Of a DNA stretch of 64,000 nt, positions 60,495 through 64,000 are shown piece after piece; positions within the stretch are counted from its first letter, which is position 1, and each line of letters starts with the position of its first letter. Location of the stretch: NCBI GenBank assembly GCA_942492875.1, contig OW818642.1:2478606-2542605 (forward strand), given 5' to 3'. The stretch comes from an uncultured Desulfuromonadaceae bacterium (GTDB lineage Bacteria > Desulfobacterota > Desulfuromonadia > Geobacterales > Pseudopelobacteraceae). The notes beneath the pieces were generated by a model. That model was not told the DNA's origin, did not search any database, and worked only from the letters and a program-made list of their open reading frames with translations. The position numbers and the translations under genes are program-made.

Positions 60495-62102
60495 TCAGAA
60501 CTGTACGCTGACGCCGCCGGTGATGCTGTTTTCCTGGAAGTCCTGGCTGCCACCGGCAACGTTGGGTTTGTAGCTGAAGTCGTTGATTGACGCCTTGGCG
60601 TAAACCATTCCCTGTAGTTTGATCAGCATTTCGGGTCGCCAGAAAATGTTCATATTGGCAAAGGTCTTGGTGGTATCGGTACCGGCCTCTTTTACGAGGC
60701 GGTTTTCGCCAACCTTGAAGGTTGATGTGACCTTGACAGCAGGGATGTCCACACCGAGGCCGACGGAATATTCATAAATCTGGTCGGTTGCCTGTGGTGC
60801 CGCTAATTCTTCATTGCTGGTCCAACCACCAAGATTGACGCCCGGTTTCAGGACGAACATGCCAACGGTATGCCGACTGGAGAGGGCGGTGTTATAGGTG
60901 TATTCCTGCGCCCTGCGGCTGCTCTTGGTGTCGTAAAGTATGATGCCGAAGTTGGTGTCACTGTCTAAAACACCGAAACGATCACGGTAGCTTGTATTGA
61001 TGAACTGATCAAGGGTATCGACGGTTTGGCTGCGGGTACGGTCGAGCTTGTAGCTGATGTCGGCTACGGCATACTGGCGCTTGAAGGGCCGCTTGATGGA
61101 GACACTGATCTCCGGTTTGTAATGGTCTGTCGTGTCACCCAACTGGCCGTCAAGGTTGTTACGGTACCAGAGCATGGCGCTGGTAATAGACAGATTCTTC
61201 GTATACTTGTAGCGCCATTTGGCTTTGGCTTTTTCCCGGTCAGGAGTTGCCGAGCCGACCATTGTCTTGAAGCCGGGAGCAACCCGTTCGTATTCGAGTG
61301 TTACCCTGCTGGGGCCGCCGTCACCGGTGACGAGGAGTTTGTGCGCGTTGCCGCTGAATTCGGTAGAGGTGCCGCTTTGGGCTGAAGTATCGCCATCTGC
61401 CCAGGAAGATTCACCCTGCACGGTGAGGCCGGGGATAGGGCGGTATTCCCAGTCAACGGTGTAGGCCTGTTCATCCACCAAGTCGCCACCCATTACCCGG
61501 ACGTGGTCTGTTGTCTTGACGCCGCTGAAACCGAGCCAGAAGTCGGAGCCGATGTTCTGCTTGATTTTCGCTCCGCTAACATGGCGCTCCACGGCGTCTA
61601 CACCCCAGAAATTATCCCAGCGGCTATAGGCAATTCCGTACAATGTCGACAGGGACGTGCCGTAGTTACCGTCGCGCTGATATTTGTAGGAACCGCCCTT
61701 GACAGCGGTGTTGAGTGCATATTGGGAAAATGATTCAAAGGTGTCGCCGACGGTCAGAGTGTGGGTCTTGTTCGTCATCCGTCCCTGCAGGTTGGTCAGC
61801 GAAGAGCTTTTCTGGTCGTTGCGCGGGTCGCTGGTCGCCTTGGCTCCCACGTTCCAGTTGTAGTCAAATTCGCCCAACCGGCCGTTGCCAAAGAGGTTCA
61901 GGATTTCCAGATACCGTCCGCCTTCGGTAAGTGATGATTGGCTGCCCGCACCAGGGCCGGTAACATCGTTGAAGGTAAGGGAAAAATCGTTGGAACCGTG
62001 GATTTCGTGCTCGGCCGCCCGGGAGGCCGCAGGCGCCAGAGTTGCGACCGCTATCAGTGCTGATAACAGCTGCAACCGCCTGCTTCTTCTCAATTGATAC
62101 AT
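60495..62102 (-). CDS. Outer-membrane beta-barrel protein
   Basis: Signal peptide (LAPAASRAAE). Alternating amphipathic beta-strands rich in Y/T/G. C-terminal ...GGVSVQF with terminal Phe. Confidence 0.55.
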   Translation of the reverse strand: MYQLRRSRRLQLLSALIAVATLAPAASRAAEHEIHGSNDFSLTFNDVTGPGAGSQSSLTEGGRYLEILNLFGNGRLGEFDYNWNVGAKATSDPRNDQKSSSLTNLQGRMTNKTHTLTVGDTFESFSQYALNTAVKGGSYKYQRDGNYGTSLSTLYGIAYSRWDNFWGVDAVERHVSGAKIKQNIGSDFWLGFSGVKTTDHVRVMGGDLVDEQAYTVDWEYRPIPGLTVQGESSWADGDTSAQSGTSTEFSGNAHKLLVTGDGGPSRVTLEYERVAPGFKTMVGSATPDREKAKAKWRYKYTKNLSITSAMLWYRNNLDGQLGDTTDHYKPEISVSIKRPFKRQYAVADISYKLDRTRSQTVDTLDQFINTSYRDRFGVLDSDTNFGIILYDTKSSRRAQEYTYNTALSSRHTVGMFVLKPGVNLGGWTSNEELAAPQATDQIYEYSVGLGVDIPAVKVTSTFKVGENRLVKEAGTDTTKTFANMNIFWRPEMLIKLQGMVYAKASINDFSYKPNVAGGSQDFQENSITGGVSVQF

Positions 62103-62175
62103 GGCATCTCTCCTTTTTTTCGAGTTGTTACTTTTAAGGGGTGATTGAAACTTTATAATAAATTATGGTTTGCCG

Positions 62176-64000
62176 TCATTGTACATACCAGAAACGCCCG
62201 TTAATGGTGCGGCTGATACGCGGTTTGCTGCGGTTGTCGAGAGACACCTCCTCGTTGACGCTGGATTTTTCCTCATGTTTCAGATTATGGCGGAAGTTAC
62301 GACCGGTGATAGTTACATCGTAGGAAACTCTGTACGCCGATCCGTTCCACGAGTGGTTCAAATTTGACATCTGGTAGGTGATCTGATCAAACACCGTGAA
62401 GCTGTTGCGCAGATACCCTTGCAGGTCTGCCAGCGTCGTGCCGTCGCCGGATTCCCAGTCATCGCCGATCATCGCCATGACCGCCGACTCGTTGCGGGAT
62501 TCGTAGGCTTCCTTGAACTGATCGTAAAATGTCCGTGCAAGACGTTCATCGAACGCGGTTGGCGGGGGAGCTGATGGCTTGCTGGCCCATTGTCGAATAA
62601 AGAAAAACCGCTGTTTATACTCGGGTTCCATCCGCGTAAAAAAATCCTGCTGGCTTGGAGACAGCTTCGGATCAGTGGCTGCCGAGGCAAGAAAGCTCAT
62701 GATGGCTGATTCTTTGGCTGCTGCCTGTTTATAAAGCTCTCTGACGACAGGATCGTGCATGTTCCTGTCGTAGGCGGCTTTAGCATCAAATTCGAGGGAC
62801 GACAGGTTGCCGACTACGTCGCTGAATTGTTCCATCATCTTCTCAAAATAGACTTCTGCGTTTTTCCATTGGCGGAAAGCCATCAGCTTCTTTTCAAAGA
62901 CGGCCACCACTCCGAGAATACTGGACCGGGTTTGATCTTCCCAGCAGTTAGCCGCGACCTCCCGAAGAAAATCCAACCCTTTATCGGAATAATTGGCAAG
63001 ATCGATTGTTACATTATTCACTGGTTGACTGCGCTGGGGGATGGATAATAACCCAAGGGAATCTCCCCTGACCGCCTTTTCCATATTTCGTTCAAATAAA
63101 ATGTCGGCTTTACCAACTTTTTCCAGTTCAAGTTTTATGCTATCGAAATAATCCTTGGTAATGATGCGGCACTCGCCCTGTCGTTCGATAAAGGTATAAT
63201 GTTCAGGGGCCGACATGCGGACCAGGCCGGTACGGTCGGCAATATACCTGTTCACGAAGTCCTGGAGCCCCAGGTTGTAATTCTGATCCATCCAGGTGAG
63301 GCGATTCTCGGCGAGCGAGCGGTCAAGTTGTTGCCGTGCCGAGCGAATATCGCTTGCCGACATGAAAACCCGTTGTCCTGCCAGGGCGCTGCATTTGCCC
63401 GCTTTGTAAGCTGCCGCTACCTCGGGACGAAGCACAAAGGAGCCATTCATCCCGTTAATACTGACATCCGGGTAGTGAGTCACAAATTCTCTCAACACCG
63501 GACCAAGTTGTCCGAGAATGGCCCGCAATTGGTGGAGATAGGCCAGATCGTTTTCCATATTGGCCAGATCGGTTTGGTAGATTTGCTGCGCCGACCGTGC
63601 CGATCCCTTGAGCGCCTCCCCTTTGCTCAGTAGTTCCCGGAGCTTTTGTACGAAAGGTCTTTGCTTCTCCTTCAGGTTTTTTACCCGATATTCCATGAGC
63701 CGTTGGTTTGAACTCCACGAGCTTTCTGCCAGTACTGTTTCAAGCTCCAGCACCTTTTCTTCAAGAATGGCAATGTCCCCTTTTCTCGCTGCCAAGCTCT
63801 CAACCTGGGCAACCATGCCATCAATACCGCTGATCAGAGATGACAGGGGAGCTGTCCTCCCGCAAAAGGGTGTATGCGCCGCTTCCTCGCTTATTCTTTG
63901 GCTTAACGACTGCAGATAAGATCCATGTCGCCCGGTAAATGAGCCAACATCATCGCCGGGCGTAAAGGTTCCCTGAGGAAACTTCAGCCGGCCAAGCCCC
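62176..64000 (-). CDS. Large coiled-coil protein, 5'-partial (continues beyond window end), with the shared C-terminal domain
   Basis: The frame is open for 61 codons upstream of the track start at 63816 through to position 63999, so the gene is truncated by the window. C-terminus GDDWESGDGTTLADLQGYLRNSF...NLKHEEKSSVNEEV...GRFWYVQ parallels the 1096-aa protein. Confidence 0.5.
   Translation of the reverse strand, partial: GLGRLKFPQGTFTPGDDVGSFTGRHGSYLQSLSQRISEEAAHTPFCGRTAPLSSLISGIDGMVAQVESLAARKGDIAILEEKVLELETVLAESSWSSNQRLMEYRVKNLKEKQRPFVQKLRELLSKGEALKGSARSAQQIYQTDLANMENDLAYLHQLRAILGQLGPVLREFVTHYPDVSINGMNGSFVLRPEVAAAYKAGKCSALAGQRVFMSASDIRSARQQLDRSLAENRLTWMDQNYNLGLQDFVNRYIADRTGLVRMSAPEHYTFIERQGECRIITKDYFDSIKLELEKVGKADILFERNMEKAVRGDSLGLLSIPQRSQPVNNVTIDLANYSDKGLDFLREVAANCWEDQTRSSILGVVAVFEKKLMAFRQWKNAEVYFEKMMEQFSDVVGNLSSLEFDAKAAYDRNMHDPVVRELYKQAAAKESAIMSFLASAATDPKLSPSQQDFFTRMEPEYKQRFFFIRQWASKPSAPPPTAFDERLARTFYDQFKEAYESRNESAVMAMIGDDWESGDGTTLADLQGYLRNSFTVFDQITYQMSNLNHSWNGSAYRVSYDVTITGRNFRHNLKHEEKSSVNEEVSLDNRSKPRISRTINGRFWYVQ

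Overview
This 64-kb window is high-GC (about 60%) chromosomal DNA with Desulfuromonadales/Geobacter-like gene content: glgP/glgA, panBCD, PFOR, futalosine-type menaquinone genes (ubiX/ubiA/ubiD), and a tRNA-Ser–ffs–dnaX–ybaB–recR block. The first ~7.3 kb is different. It is strongly AT-rich foreign DNA carrying three IS3-family insertions: two copies of one IS (191-1506 and 5380-6694, each with its own 3-bp target duplication) and a second, unrelated IS3-family element (~1791-3172). Reading across the insertions reconstructs one tightly coupled minus-strand operon: an XRE-type HTH regulator, a B12-binding-like radical SAM enzyme (CxxxCxxC; now split by IS copy 2), a GHKL/Bergerat-fold ATPase (Hsp90/MutL/MORC-like; start overlaps the rSAM stop in ATGACTAA), and a small membrane protein (split by IS copy 1). 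I do not recognise this gene combination as a described system. I flag it as the most interesting candidate: a regulated, possibly defence/abortive-infection-type or toxic module, now IS-inactivated. Other notable items follow. An SPFH/flotillin protein carries five tandem 74-aa duplications of its N-terminal SPFH segment. A 32-bp perfect palindrome and a 16-bp-stem hairpin lie next to a yefM-yoeB toxin-antitoxin islet. A DHH–CBS–CCA/poly(A)-polymerase fusion enzyme is present. An 8.7-kb minus-strand cluster at the window end (55.3-64.0 kb) encodes two paralogous giant coiled-coil secreted proteins sharing a ~100-aa C-terminal domain, an outer-membrane beta-barrel, and two smaller exported proteins with a related NTF2-like domain. 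The SRP RNA (ffs) and a tRNA-Ser(GGA) are not in the ORF track. Many long antisense ORFs in the track are GC-rich artefacts. All functional calls are from motif and family recognition by eye; no database searches were run.
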